Shown here: piece after piece, positions 29,797-39,742 of the stretch
How positions within the stretch are numbered: position 1 is the stretch's first letter
Layout: each line of letters opens with the position of its first letter
Source: an uncultured Gaiellaceae bacterium
GTDB lineage: Bacteria > Actinomycetota > Thermoleophilia > Gaiellales > Gaiellaceae
Length of the DNA: 64,000 bases
Direction of reading: 5' to 3'
NCBI GenBank assembly: GCA_963731095.1
Contig: CAVSUK010000015.1
Coordinates: 46 to 64,045 of the forward strand
Program-made: the position numbers and the translations under genes
Notes under the pieces: generated by a model
Told to the model about the DNA's origin: nothing
The model's database searches: none
The model's input: only the letters and a program-made list of their open reading frames with translations

Positions 29797-30210
29797 TCAG
29801 CCTTCCGCGTTGCCCTCGACCTGACGATCCCAGTCCGCCTGGTCGTAGTAGCCGAGTGACGCGGCGATCAAGCCGTCGTCGCCGATCGTCCACCGCTCAT
29901 ATCCACTGATCCGCACCGATCGCCCTGTACCGGCTGGCCCCGTGTTCGTCCCGGTCAGCGTCCAGTGGTATTCGGGGGACGCGCCGTCCAAGCGAAGCTC
30001 GTCCATCTCCACCCGCAGGTCTGGGAACCCGACCATGAAGCCCCGCGCTGCTTCTGTGATTGCATCCCGCCCAAGAGCCGGGGTGCCGTCGTTGATCGTG
30101 AGCGACCCTTGCTGCGAGTAGTACTCGGCGACGCGCGATGGGTCGCCGCTGCACCACGCTTCGGTATAGCGGCGCGCGAAATCGGACAACTCGTCCCGGC
30201 TGATTGACAT
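29797..30210 (-). CDS. SnoaL/NTF2-like ester cyclase family protein
   Basis: Y..AW, FPDL, WTLTGTNTG, TGRSVRISG; SD AGGAG before ATG 30210. Confidence 0.8.
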   Translation of the reverse strand: MSISRDELSDFARRYTEAWCSGDPSRVAEYYSQQGSLTINDGTPALGRDAITEAARGFMVGFPDLRVEMDELRLDGASPEYHWTLTGTNTGPAGTGRSVRISGYERWTIGDDGLIAASLGYYDQADWDRQVEGNAEG

Positions 30211-30347
30211 GTCGGCTCCTTGCGCTGCGTCCGGGTCGCGCGAGCCTCGCACACCGGGTCGGGAGTGTCCACCGCCGCCTGCGCCAGTTCGGGAATGTCG
30301 CAGGGCGAATTGAGCGTCATGGTCGGTGATCGGTTAGGTTCGCGCTC

Positions 30348-31148
30348 GTGGATGTTCCGAACGCTGTTCGCGAGCTTGCTCTACGTCCGTTTCGAGAGCT
30401 TCCTCCCGCGCCGGGCTTTGAGCGGATCGAGCAGGATGGATTCCTGCTCGTTCTCGGTCCGTACCCGTCTGCGCAGGTGGTAGAGCCGATGAGCGTATCG
30501 CCGGAGGCGGTTCTGGCGTCGGTCGAGGCCGCGCGAACGATCGCTCGGGAGCGACAGAAATCGCTGCTCGCGTGGTGGGTCGGCCCGGACCGACGTGACT
30601 TGAAGCAGCCGCTCGAGGCAGCAGGTCTCGCGCATCAGGACACGCCGGGCTTCGAAGCCGTCGAGAACGCAATGGTGCTCCTGGAGCCACCCAAGGGACA
30701 GGTCGCTGCTGGAGGAGTCATCGTCAAGGAAACGGACACGTATGAGGAGTACGCCGCGGCCGAGGAAGTCGTGATGGAGGCATTCGACTTCCCCGACGCG
30801 ATGCGCGCCGACGCAGCCGTCGAATTGCCGAAACGATGGGAGCAGTACATAACGCCCTCGAACCCTGGCCGGCAGTTCATTGCGTCAATCGACGGCCGTA
30901 TCGTCGGGACGGCGTTCGCAGTCCTCGGGGAGGTCGGCGTGAACCTGTTTGGAGGCGCTGTGCTCGAGCAAGCCCGAGGCCTCGGCGTCTACAAAGCACT
31001 GATAGGTGCTCGCTGGGAAGCAGCGGTCGCTCGGGATACACCGGCCTTGACCGTGCAAGCGGGCCGGATGTCCAAGCCCATCCTCGAGAAGCTCGGCTTC
31101 CAAGACGTGGGTCAGGCCCACCTCTTCGTCGACACGATCCCCGACTGA
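30348..31148 (+). CDS. GNAT family acetyltransferase
   Basis: GGAVLEQARGLGVY acetyl-CoA motif, MSKPILEKLGF. Confidence 0.8.
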   Translation: MDVPNAVRELALRPFRELPPAPGFERIEQDGFLLVLGPYPSAQVVEPMSVSPEAVLASVEAARTIARERQKSLLAWWVGPDRRDLKQPLEAAGLAHQDTPGFEAVENAMVLLEPPKGQVAAGGVIVKETDTYEEYAAAEEVVMEAFDFPDAMRADAAVELPKRWEQYITPSNPGRQFIASIDGRIVGTAFAVLGEVGVNLFGGAVLEQARGLGVYKALIGARWEAAVARDTPALTVQAGRMSKPILEKLGFQDVGQAHLFVDTIPD

Positions 31149-31272
31149 CGCTCATTTCGCCCGAGACTCTGACCTGACACCCGTCGTCAGCGAAGCCAAC
31201 CCGCTCGCCTGCGCCAGCGCGCCGGAATGACGCCCGAGCGGGATCGCCCGGCGGGTGCATCGACGGCCCACC

Positions 31273-31416
31273 TTACGAACCAGTCCCCGCACCGACGTTG
31301 ACGACCGATCGTGCATCACCAAGCGCACTCCGAATGGCCAATGAGATGCGCGGGTCCTCCCGCCGCGTAAGGGAGTATCCCCCTCCGATCTGGTCGTACC
31401 GAGCGATCTGGCTCAT
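31273..31416 (-). pseudogene. truncated class I SAM methyltransferase (N-terminal 47 aa)
   Basis: YDQIGGGY..TRREDPRI..ALGDARSVVNVGAGTGS then stop; no recognisable continuation downstream. Confidence 0.7.
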
Positions 31417-31928
31417 TCGTTGTCCTCCCGACGACACGTCGGAACCGCGCCTCGCACACCCTCGCCAATTCTCGAGACTGGAAACCGAGAGCGCCACTTG
31501 CAATCGAAGATGAGCGCCGTCGGCTGCGCCAGCGTTCGCGAATGCCACCCGAGCGCGGGTCGGAAAATCGGGTGTGGGCGAACGATGGGAACGTCGTCCC
31601 CATCCTCTGCCGAGCCCTCGGGAAAGAGGCACAACCGGTAGCCGCCAGAAAGACGGATCGATACGCCGCCGCAAGAGTCCGCCCTGACGTCCTCGACGAC
31701 GAGCAACGATGTGGTGTTGAAGGACGACCCCGTCACGGGGTCGTTCCCCCAAAGAAGTTCCTGGATGATTCGATCCTGGAGAGTCTCATGGGTGTCGAAA
31801 CTCCACGCTTCTCGATCGACCGCCTCATCACCTTCGACCGGTTCCCAGTGATCGGATCGTCCGGTGACGATCCCCTCGGGGCCTTCGATCCGCCATGGGC
31901 AGGGCGCAGTTGAAGGCGGCGGCGACAC
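31413..31928 (-). pseudogene. hypothetical protein remnant
   Basis: Protein-like core CPWRIEG..VEDVRADSCGGV.I.L.GGY.L.LFP, ATGA-coupled to the methyltransferase fragment; ends look degenerate. Confidence 0.35.
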
Positions 31929-32082
31929 AACACCGGAAAGTCAGCCCACCTGGCCGCTTCCGCACCTCGCGCCGGGTCTAGCGGTGGTCTTGTCACACGG
32001 AGAGCAGAGTCCTCGAAGCGACAGACGCGGTCGCAAGGGCGAAATATGGGCGACCTCCACTCCCGGCGGAACCCTCGAAAAG

Positions 32083-32110
32083 TAAAACCCCCGCCTTGGC
32101 AGGGGTTTTA
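32083..32110 (-). terminator. intrinsic terminator downstream of tRNA-Ile
   Basis: taaaacccccgcc-tt-ggcaggggtttta, with U-tracts on both strands. Confidence 0.75.
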
Positions 32111-32114
32111 GAGG

Positions 32115-32188
<74 letters not shown>

Positions 32189-32274
32189 GCAGCGAGCGCG
32201 GAGTCTACCGGAGGCCCGACCCCGGCACGAGGGGTGGCTCCCCGGAGAGCAGGGGAATACACCCTGCCCTGTCC

Positions 32275-33114
32275 CTACAGCGCCTCGAGCGCCTCGACCA
32301 GCTCCGCGAGCCTCGTCTCGTCGCCGAAGTGGAGCTCGAGACGGCCGGCGCTCACGCGGGCCGGCAGTCCTGTCACGCGCTCGGCTGCGGCTCGGGCCCG
32401 GGCGGCGAGCGCCGGATCGACCGTCGTGGCGGTCCGACGCCGGCGGGCGCCGCCGTCGCGAGCCGCCTTCTCGGCAGCGCGCACCGTCATGCCGTCGCGG
32501 GCGATGCGGCGCGCGAGACGGCGGCGTGCATCGTCGTCCGGCAGGGCGAGCACGGCGCGCGCGTGGCCTTCTGTGAGCTCTCCCCGGGCGAGCATCCAGA
32601 GCACGTCCTCGGGCAGCTCGAGCAGCCGCACGCGGTTGGAGACGGCGGGCTTCGAGCGGCCGACGCGGTCTGCCACGTCGCCGAGCGACAGCTCGAACTC
32701 GTCGATCAGCGCGGCGTAGGCGCGCGCCTCCTCGACCGGCGAGAGGTCCTCGCGCGCCACGTTCTCGACGAGGCCGAGAAGCAGCGTGTCCCGATCGTCC
32801 GCCTCCCGGATCAGCGCGGGGATCGTCGGCACCCCGGCCTCGCGGGCGGCACGCCAGCGACGCTCACCGGCAATCAGCTCGTATCCGCCCTCGGTGCGGG
32901 AGCGAACGACAACGGGCTGCAGCACACCCTGGTGACGGATCGACTCGGCCAGGCCGGATGTCGCCTCGGGCTCGAAGCGGCGGCGAGGCTGCCGCGGGTT
33001 CGCATGAACGGACTCGACGGGCAGATGCTGGAGCTCGGCCACTCCGGCTCCGCCGATCAGCACCTCGAGGCCGCGGCCGAGGCCGCGGCGGGGTGCCTCA
33101 GGAACGTTCGACAA
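32275..33114 (-). CDS. parB: chromosome partitioning protein ParB
   Basis: GLGRGL, QPRRRF, IAGERRWRAA, ENVAREDL, HTH; TTG 33114 with GGAG. Confidence 0.95.
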   Translation of the reverse strand: MSNVPEAPRRGLGRGLEVLIGGAGVAELQHLPVESVHANPRQPRRRFEPEATSGLAESIRHQGVLQPVVVRSRTEGGYELIAGERRWRAAREAGVPTIPALIREADDRDTLLLGLVENVAREDLSPVEEARAYAALIDEFELSLGDVADRVGRSKPAVSNRVRLLELPEDVLWMLARGELTEGHARAVLALPDDDARRRLARRIARDGMTVRAAEKAARDGGARRRRTATTVDPALAARARAAAERVTGLPARVSAGRLELHFGDETRLAELVEALEAL

Positions 33115-33856
33115 GCTCCATCGCCACCTTCCAGTACGCCTGCGCGCCGGACGAGCGGCGGTCGTAGGCGATCGCGGGGAGCCCGTGACTCGGCGCCTCG
33201 GCGAGGCGGACCGAGCGGGGCACGGACGTCGTGAAGACGAGCTCGCCGAAATGCCGGCGGAGCTCGTGCTCGACCTCTGCCGCAAGCCGGGTGCGGCCGT
33301 CGACCATCGTCAGCAGGATGCCGGCCACCGCGAGCCGCGGGTTGAGGCGCGCCTTGACGAGGTTGATCGAGCCGAGCAGCTGGGAGAGCCCCTCGAGCGC
33401 GTAGTACTCGGCCTGCACCGGCACGATCACTCGATCTGCGGCGGCCAGCGCGTTGACCGTGAGCGCGCCGAAAGCCGGCGGGCAGTCCAGGAACACGAAC
33501 GTGTAGCGGTCGGTGGCCGCGCCCGCGAGAGCCTCCGCCAGGTACCGCTCGCCGCCCTCGAGCGCCGAGAGCTGCACGGCCGCCGCGGCGAGGTCGGGCT
33601 TGGCCGGCACCAGGTCGAGGTTCGGGAACGCCGTGGGCCTGGCGAGATCGCGCAGCGGCACGCCGTCGAGGAGGTCGTGGGTGGAGACGCCGTTCGCGCG
33701 CTGGCCGAGACCCGAGGTGGCGTTCGCCTGAGGGTCGAGATCGACGAGCAGGCAGCGCTCTCCGGCCTCCGCGAGGCAGGCGGCAAGGTTCACGGCAGTC
33801 GTCGTCTTGCCGACGCCGCCCTTCTGGTTCGCGAGCGCGTAGATGCGGGCGGCCAC
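33098..33856 (-). CDS. parA: chromosome partitioning ATPase ParA
   Basis: NQKGGVGKTT, DLDPQANAT, DCPP, EYYALEG. Confidence 0.97.
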   Translation of the reverse strand: MAARIYALANQKGGVGKTTTAVNLAACLAEAGERCLLVDLDPQANATSGLGQRANGVSTHDLLDGVPLRDLARPTAFPNLDLVPAKPDLAAAAVQLSALEGGERYLAEALAGAATDRYTFVFLDCPPAFGALTVNALAAADRVIVPVQAEYYALEGLSQLLGSINLVKARLNPRLAVAGILLTMVDGRTRLAAEVEHELRRHFGELVFTTSVPRSVRLAEAPSHGLPAIAYDRRSSGAQAYWKVAMELVERS

Positions 33857-33888
33857 CCGTCCAGGCTAGCCGTGCTGGCGGACGGTTC

Positions 33889-34488
33889 TCACGCGAGCGG
33901 CCGCTTCTTCGCCACTCCGACGCGGCGCGGAAACCCCGTCGGAGTCGGCCCGATCCTGCGGAGCAGGAGCAGCCCGGGCGGCGCCTGCTCAGGGCGCGCC
34001 GCGAGACGCTCGGCGACAGCCTCAACGCGAGCGAGTTCGAGGCTCGGGCCGACCCACAGCACGACGGCCCCGCCCTCCCGCACCAGGGGCAGGCACCATT
34101 CCACCGCCGTCACGGGATGCGCCAGCGCCTTTGCGACCGCGACACCGTACGTCTCGAGGGGCTGCTCCTCGGCACGGCCCCACACGACGCGGAGGTTGGG
34201 GAGCTCCTCCGTCCAGCGCTCCAAGAAGTCGCACTTGCGGCGCTCGGCCTCGAGCAGCGTCACCTCGCGGTCCGGCAGCGATGCTGCGAGCGGGATCCCC
34301 GGCGTGCCGCCGCCCGAGCCGACGTCGATGATCGGCCCCTCGAGGCTCCGAATGAGATCGACCCCCCGCAGGGCGTCGTCCAGCAGCATCCGGCGGGCGT
34401 CGGCCGGATCGCGCAGTGCCGTCAGCCCGGGAGTCGCGACGACCGCAGCGAGCCAGCGCTCGAGGACGTCGGCAGGCGTGGCGGTCAA
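33889..34488 (-). CDS. rsmG: 16S rRNA m7G527 methyltransferase
   Basis: DVGSGGGTPG, RAEE, FPRRVG..KRPL; conserved position near oriC. Confidence 0.92.
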   Translation of the reverse strand: MTATPADVLERWLAAVVATPGLTALRDPADARRMLLDDALRGVDLIRSLEGPIIDVGSGGGTPGIPLAASLPDREVTLLEAERRKCDFLERWTEELPNLRVVWGRAEEQPLETYGVAVAKALAHPVTAVEWCLPLVREGGAVVLWVGPSLELARVEAVAERLAARPEQAPPGLLLLRRIGPTPTGFPRRVGVAKKRPLA

Positions 34489-35186
34489 CCGGCGAGGTGC
34501 CGGGGAAACACCACCACGAAGCGGTTCGGCTCGGCGCCCTCACTGCCGGTCTCCACCTCGGGGTCGTCCTTCAGGAGCTCGTGCACGATCTTCCGCTCCA
34601 CTGCCGTCATCGGCTCGAGCTCCACGCGGGAGCCCGTGGCGATCGCCTGCTCCGCACCCCGGCGCGCGATCGTCTCCAGTGAGGCTGCACGGCGGGCCCG
34701 GTAGCCGGCCGCGTCCACGACGACCGGCACTCGGCTCTCTCCGAACGCCCGGTAGCCGATGGCGTTCGCGAGGTACTGGAGCGCGTCGATCGTCTGGCCG
34801 TGTCGGCCGATCAGGACGCCCAAGTCCTCCCCGACCAGGGTGGCGACGATCGCGTCCTCGCGCTCCTCGATGCGGACGCCGGCGGAGACCCCGACGGTGG
34901 CGATCGTACGCTCGAGCAGCTCGCGGACGCGGTCTGCCTGCCCGGACTCGTCTGACGGCGCGGCCTCCGCCGGGGAGGCCGGGGAAGCGACGGCGTCTGC
35001 GGTCGCGATCACGCGTGCCGGGGTATAGCCGACTCCGAGCAGACCGCGCTCGCCCTCGGTGACGACCTGGAACCGCACCGACTCGCGGTCGAGGCCGGGC
35101 GCGAGGCGCTCCAGCTCGCGCACTGCTGCCCACTTCGCCTCGCCGACGGTCTCTCCGGTCGCCTCGACGGAGATCTCGTCGCTCAT
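34485..35186 (-). CDS. jag: Jag/KhpB/EloR RNA-binding protein (KH and R3H)
   Basis: G.TV.EA, GLLGVG, LIGRHGQTIDALQYL, ERKIVH, SEG.EPNR; ATG 35186. Confidence 0.93.
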   Translation of the reverse strand: MSDEISVEATGETVGEAKWAAVRELERLAPGLDRESVRFQVVTEGERGLLGVGYTPARVIATADAVASPASPAEAAPSDESGQADRVRELLERTIATVGVSAGVRIEEREDAIVATLVGEDLGVLIGRHGQTIDALQYLANAIGYRAFGESRVPVVVDAAGYRARRAASLETIARRGAEQAIATGSRVELEPMTAVERKIVHELLKDDPEVETGSEGAEPNRFVVVFPRHLAG

Positions 35187-36031
35187 CGCCGCCCTCCGCC
35201 CCCTCCGCGCTTGCGCTTCACACGCCGCGGCGGGCCGGCCACGGTCTTGCCCTCGGAGGCAGCTGCGGCAGGCTTCGCTCCCTTCTTCCCGCCGGAACCG
35301 TTCGCCGCCGGCTCCGGCTCGTCCTTGGCCGGCGTGCGGGAGCTCCGCTTCTCCGGTGGCGCCGGTTTCGGCATCAGGCGCCGCGTGACGAGCCCCTGGC
35401 CGGTCGTCCACAGGTTCGTGGTGAGCCAGTAGATCATCAGGCCTGCCGGGAAGTTGATGATGAAGGGGATGAAGACGATCGGCAGGACCATCAGGAGGAT
35501 CCGCTGGGCGCCCTGCATCGTCGACGACATGAAGTACGACGACGACAGCTGGCTCGCCACGTAGATGACGACGAGCAACGGGCCCCAGCCGTCCTTCACC
35601 GGCTCGGTGATGTCCACGAGGCCGATCCACTCGAGGCTCGAGCCCGGGTAGAGCGGGAAGATCTCCCTCTCGAAGCCCTTCAGGACGTAGAAGAGCGAGA
35701 TGAAGATCGGAATCTGCAGCACGATCGGCAGGCACGATGCGGCCGGGTTGATCTTGTTCTCGCGGTAGAACTTCATCAGCTCTTCGTTCTGCCGCTGCTT
35801 GTCGTGCTTCCATTTCTGCTGAATCGCCTTCATCTCGGGCGCATGGGCCTGCAGGTTCTGCATCGAGTGGATCTGCCGCACGGTGATCGGCACGAGGAGC
35901 ATGCGCACGAGCACCGTCAGGGCGGCGATCGACCAAGCCCACGAGAGGCCGCCCGTGCCGTGCAGCCACTTGAGCACCTCGGTGAGGACGTTCTCGAGCG
36001 GCTGCAGGATGCTGAGGACGGGCAGGGTCAC
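35183..36031 (-). CDS. yidC: membrane protein insertase YidC
   Basis: [21 protein letters not shown]...QIPIF, PAGL.IYW.T.N. Confidence 0.95.
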   Translation of the reverse strand: MTLPVLSILQPLENVLTEVLKWLHGTGGLSWAWSIAALTVLVRMLLVPITVRQIHSMQNLQAHAPEMKAIQQKWKHDKQRQNEELMKFYRENKINPAASCLPIVLQIPIFISLFYVLKGFEREIFPLYPGSSLEWIGLVDITEPVKDGWGPLLVVIYVASQLSSSYFMSSTMQGAQRILLMVLPIVFIPFIINFPAGLMIYWLTTNLWTTGQGLVTRRLMPKPAPPEKRSSRTPAKDEPEPAANGSGGKKGAKPAAAASEGKTVAGPPRRVKRKRGGGGGRR

Positions 36032-36279
36032 GCTGCGTGCTCCTTGCGGCGGCGGAACAGGCGGGCATCCTCCGCGTAGTCGACGCCCCCGTGACTCCAG
36101 GGGTTGCACCGGAGAATGCGCCAGCCGGCCAGCATCCCGCCCTTCACGAGCCCGTGAGCCCGGAATGCGTCGATCGCGTACTGGGAGCAGCTCGGGTGGT
36201 ACTTGCAGGTACCCGAGGGCGTGAGCAGTCCGAAGGTGTACCGCCAGGCATAGACGAGCCCGATGCCGAGCGCCCTCAC
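36028..36279 (-). CDS. yidD: membrane protein insertion efficiency factor
   Basis: [22 protein letters not shown]. Confidence 0.93.
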   Translation of the reverse strand: MRALGIGLVYAWRYTFGLLTPSGTCKYHPSCSQYAIDAFRAHGLVKGGMLAGWRILRCNPWSHGGVDYAEDARLFRRRKEHAA

Positions 36280-36626
36280 GACGTGGCCTTTCCCAGCACC
36301 TCGGCGACCTGCTCGACGAGCCACGCACGCCCGCGCGTGTCCGCAGGCTCGGCGATGCCGGGCCGGGCGGCGAGCACGTAGTCGCGGCCGGCCGGTGCCG
36401 TCGTCGCAAGCTCCTGCCACGTCTCGCGCAGCTGACGCTTCACCCGGTTGCGGACGACAGCGCTTCCCACCGCCTTCGGCACGGCGAGGCCGAGGCGCGG
36501 CACGCCGTCCGGATCGTCCTCCCGCGGAAACCAGTGGAGCGTCAGGAAGCGCGTGGACACCGACCGGCCCTGGCGGTAGACGGCGTCGAAGTCCCGCGAA
36601 CGGGACAGGCGGTACCGGCGCTCCAC
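36276..36626 (-). CDS. rnpA: ribonuclease P protein component
   Basis: [32 protein letters not shown]. Confidence 0.95.
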   Translation of the reverse strand: MERRYRLSRSRDFDAVYRQGRSVSTRFLTLHWFPREDDPDGVPRLGLAVPKAVGSAVVRNRVKRQLRETWQELATTAPAGRDYVLAARPGIAEPADTRGRAWLVEQVAEVLGKATS

Positions 36627-36640
36627 GGCAGCGTGGGCGC

Positions 36641-36775
36641 TCAGGCGGAGAGGCGCTTGCGCCCCTTGGCGCGGCGGCGCTTGATGATCGTCTGCCCGGC
36701 ACGCGTGGACATGCGCGCGCGGAAGCCGTGCTTGCGCTTCCGGCGACGGACGTTGGGCTGGTAGGTGCGTTTCAC
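36641..36775 (-). CDS. rpmH: 50S ribosomal protein L34
   Basis: [40 protein letters not shown]. Confidence 0.98.
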   Translation of the reverse strand: MKRTYQPNVRRRKRKHGFRARMSTRAGQTIIKRRRAKGRKRLSA

Positions 36776-37098
36776 AGTGCTCTCTCGTGAAGAAGGAAGT
36801 CGCAACCTGCGCGACGGAGCGGCCCAGTATAGACGAGGGTCTGAGGCGGTCGGGTTATCCACAGGCGCCCTCGCCAGATGCGGTTCGGAAAGTGCTGCAC
36901 ATGCGTGTCCGCCGTTGTCTTGCAAGGACGGTCCCGCACGACTTTCCACAGGTGTGGAGAGTCGTGTGGAGACACTGAAAGTCCCTGCAAATAGGGCGCT
37001 ATTTGAGTGTCCCGCACGGCTCGCGCAGCCGATTGAGCGGGCGTCGGCCCGGTGCTATGCTCGCCCTCCGCCGCGACCCCTCAAGGAGCGCCATCAAC
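36776..37098. promoter_or_regulatory. rpmH-dnaA intergenic region with DnaA boxes (upstream part of the origin / dnaA autoregulation)
   Basis: Perfect TTATCCACA at 36855-36863; variants CTTTCCACA 36942-36950 and TGTGGAGA at 36953 and 36965; TATGCT -10 near 37056. Confidence 0.85.
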
Positions 37099-38457
37099 GT
37101 GGAAAACCCCGTCGAGCCGACTGCCGAGCTGCTCTGGAGCGACGTCTCCGGCCGGCTCCACGAGATGCTCAACGAGACGACGTACGCGACCTGGTTCGGG
37201 GATGCGAGGGGAGGCGAGCTCGAGGACGACACGTTCTCGCTCGTCGTGCCGAATGACTTCACACGCGAGTGGATCGAGGCGAACTTCCTCGGCTTCCTCA
37301 AGGGTGCCGTCCGGGATGCGCTGGGCCGCGACGTCCGCGTGGCGATCGCCGTCCGGGAGCCGGACGCCGTCCCGGGCGAGGCCGTCGAGCAGCCTGCGCC
37401 CGTGAGAACTGCCGAGGGGTCCGTCGCGTCGACCAACCCGAAGTACACGTTCGACCTGTTCGTGATCGGGTCGTCGAACCGCTTCGCCCACGCCGCCGCT
37501 CTCGCCGTCGCCGAGGCGCCGGCGCAGGCCTACAACCCGCTCTTCATCTATGGCGGCACGGGGCTCGGCAAGACGCACCTGCTCCAGGCCATCGGCCAGT
37601 ACGTGAGCGAGCACTCGAAGGGCTCCACGACCCGGTACGTCACGAGCGAGACGTTCATGAACGACTTCATCAACTCGCTGCGGGACAAGCGCATCGAGGG
37701 CTTCAAGCAGCGCTACCGCACCTACGACGTGCTCCTCGTGGACGACATCCAGTTCTTCGAGGGGAAGGAGCGGATCCAGGAGGAGTTCTTCCACACCTTC
37801 AACTCGCTCTACGAGGCCGGGCGCCAGATCGTGATCTCGTCCGACCGGCCGCCGAAAGAGATTGCGACGCTCGAGGAGCGGCTTCGCTCTCGCTTCGAGT
37901 GGGGGTTGATCACGGACATCCAGCCGCCCGACCTCGAGACGCGTATCGCGATCCTCCGCAAGCGGGTCACGACCGACCGGATCAGCATCAGCGATCCCGA
38001 GGTGCTGACGTTCATCGCAGGGCGCGTCTCGACGAACATTCGCGAGCTCGAGGGAGCACTCACACGGGTTGTGGCGTTCTCGTCACTCACGGGGCTGCCG
38101 CTCACCGTCGAGCTGGCCGAGCAGGTCCTGCGCGACCTCTTCCCGCAAGGAGACGCGATTCCCCAGGTCACGATCGCGCGGATCCAGGAGGCAGTCTCCG
38201 ACCGCTTCGGCATGACGGTGACGGAGCTGTGCAGCCAGCGGCGCTCCCAGTCGATCGCGTATCCGCGGCAGGTCGCCATGTACCTGTCCCGCGAGCTCAC
38301 GGACGCCTCGCTCCCGAAGATCGGCAAGGAGTTCGGGGGACGCGACCACACCACCGTCATCCATGCCACCTCGAAGATCACGCGCATGATCTCTGAGGAC
38401 AGATCTGTGTACAACCTCGTTCAGGACCTCACAGCGAGGATCAAGCAGACCCGATGA
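37099..38457 (+). CDS. dnaA: chromosomal replication initiator DnaA
   Basis: [38 protein letters not shown]; AAGGAG SD before GTG 37099. Confidence 0.98.
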   Translation: MENPVEPTAELLWSDVSGRLHEMLNETTYATWFGDARGGELEDDTFSLVVPNDFTREWIEANFLGFLKGAVRDALGRDVRVAIAVREPDAVPGEAVEQPAPVRTAEGSVASTNPKYTFDLFVIGSSNRFAHAAALAVAEAPAQAYNPLFIYGGTGLGKTHLLQAIGQYVSEHSKGSTTRYVTSETFMNDFINSLRDKRIEGFKQRYRTYDVLLVDDIQFFEGKERIQEEFFHTFNSLYEAGRQIVISSDRPPKEIATLEERLRSRFEWGLITDIQPPDLETRIAILRKRVTTDRISISDPEVLTFIAGRVSTNIRELEGALTRVVAFSSLTGLPLTVELAEQVLRDLFPQGDAIPQVTIARIQEAVSDRFGMTVTELCSQRRSQSIAYPRQVAMYLSRELTDASLPKIGKEFGGRDHTTVIHATSKITRMISEDRSVYNLVQDLTARIKQTR

Positions 38458-38611
38458 TCTGGGGATACGCAACGCGCGCCCCACGACCTCTGTGGGACCC
38501 GGCCATGTGTCCCCAGCGGGACCCACCGGCGGAATCTCCGCGGTGCAGGGACAATGGGTGTCTTCCCCATCGTTCACACTGCTTATGTACTTCTACAAGA
38601 GGTTTAACTAC
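38458..38611. other. probable oriC unwinding region (dnaA-dnaN)
   Basis: Degenerate DnaA boxes (ctggggata, gttcaca) followed by an AT-rich, DnaA-trio-like tract ttatgtacttctacaa at ~38583-38598. Confidence 0.7.
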
Positions 38612-39742
38612 ATGATGGAAACAGACATAGCCGTCGGCGCGGGGCTCAAGATCACGTGCGACCGGGACGAGCTCGCGCTGCGGCTGGGGTCCGTCTCCCG
38701 CGTCGTCTCCTCCCGCGGCACCGTTCAGGTCCTGGCCGGCGTGCTGCTGCACGCTCGTGAGGGCCTGCTCGAACTCGCCGCCACGGACATGGAGCTCTCG
38801 CTTCGCACGACGCTTCCCGCGCAGATCCAGGGTGACGGTGCCGTCGTCGTCCCGGGCAAGCTCCTCGTCGACCTGACGCGGCTCCTGCCGCCCGGTGAAG
38901 TCACGATCGAGTATCGCCCGGAGGAGGGGGTCGCGGAGATCACGGCCGGAAGCTACTCGTCACGCCTCAACATCTTCGCCGCCGAGGACTTCCCGCGCCT
39001 CCCCTCGATCGACGTGCCGCTTCACGCCGTCGAGACCGCATCGCTGCTCGACACGGTCGACCGCGTCGCGCGCTCCGCCTCCCGCGACGAGTCGCGGCCC
39101 GTGCTCACCGGGATCCAGGTGCGCTTCGAGGGCCAGACGCTCGCGATGGCGGCGACGGACTCGTACCGGCTCTCGTTCAAGCGCACCGACCTTCCCGCCG
39201 CCGGGCCCGACATCGAGGCGATCATCCCGGCGCGTGCCCTGGCCGAGCTGGCACGCGTCGCCGCAGGGACGGACGTCGTCCAGATGGGGATCAACGACAA
39301 CACCGTCGTGTTCGGCGCGGGTGACGCGTGGCTCACGACCCGGCGCATCGACGGGCAGTTCCCCGACGTCAATCGCCTTCTGCCGGAGAGCTTCGAGGCC
39401 GAGGTTGACCTACCACGTGCCGAGCTCCGCGACGTCGTCCGGCGTGCCGCGGTGATGGCCCAGCGGAACGCGCCGCTGCGGCTTCGCTTCGCCGAGGGCG
39501 AGCTCACCGTCTCGGCCCAGAGCCAGGACGTCGGCGAGACGAGCGAATCGCTTCCCGCCCCGTATACCGGCGACCCGCTCGAGATCGGGTTCAACGCCGA
39601 GTTCCTCGCGGACGGGATCGACTCCGTCACCTCGGACACGGTGCGGCTGAAGCTGATCAACCCGTTGCGCCCCGGGCTGATCACGGCCGCCGGAGACGAT
39701 TCGTTCTGGTACCTGATCATGCCGATCCGGCTCGCCGGCTGA
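38612..39742 (+). CDS. dnaN: DNA polymerase III beta clamp
   Basis: ATDMEL, DESRPVLTG, ATDSYRL, IGFNAEFL, YLIMPIR. Confidence 0.97.
   Translation: MMETDIAVGAGLKITCDRDELALRLGSVSRVVSSRGTVQVLAGVLLHAREGLLELAATDMELSLRTTLPAQIQGDGAVVVPGKLLVDLTRLLPPGEVTIEYRPEEGVAEITAGSYSSRLNIFAAEDFPRLPSIDVPLHAVETASLLDTVDRVARSASRDESRPVLTGIQVRFEGQTLAMAATDSYRLSFKRTDLPAAGPDIEAIIPARALAELARVAAGTDVVQMGINDNTVVFGAGDAWLTTRRIDGQFPDVNRLLPESFEAEVDLPRAELRDVVRRAAVMAQRNAPLRLRFAEGELTVSAQSQDVGETSESLPAPYTGDPLEIGFNAEFLADGIDSVTSDTVRLKLINPLRPGLITAAGDDSFWYLIMPIRLAG

Noticed and set aside
31166-31190. tctgacctgacacc as a REP-like element
   Set aside because: Single copy, with no RAYT transposase or other copies seen
32047-32053. tgggcga match to the tRNA 3' end as a second att site
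   Set aside because: Only 7 bp, expected by chance
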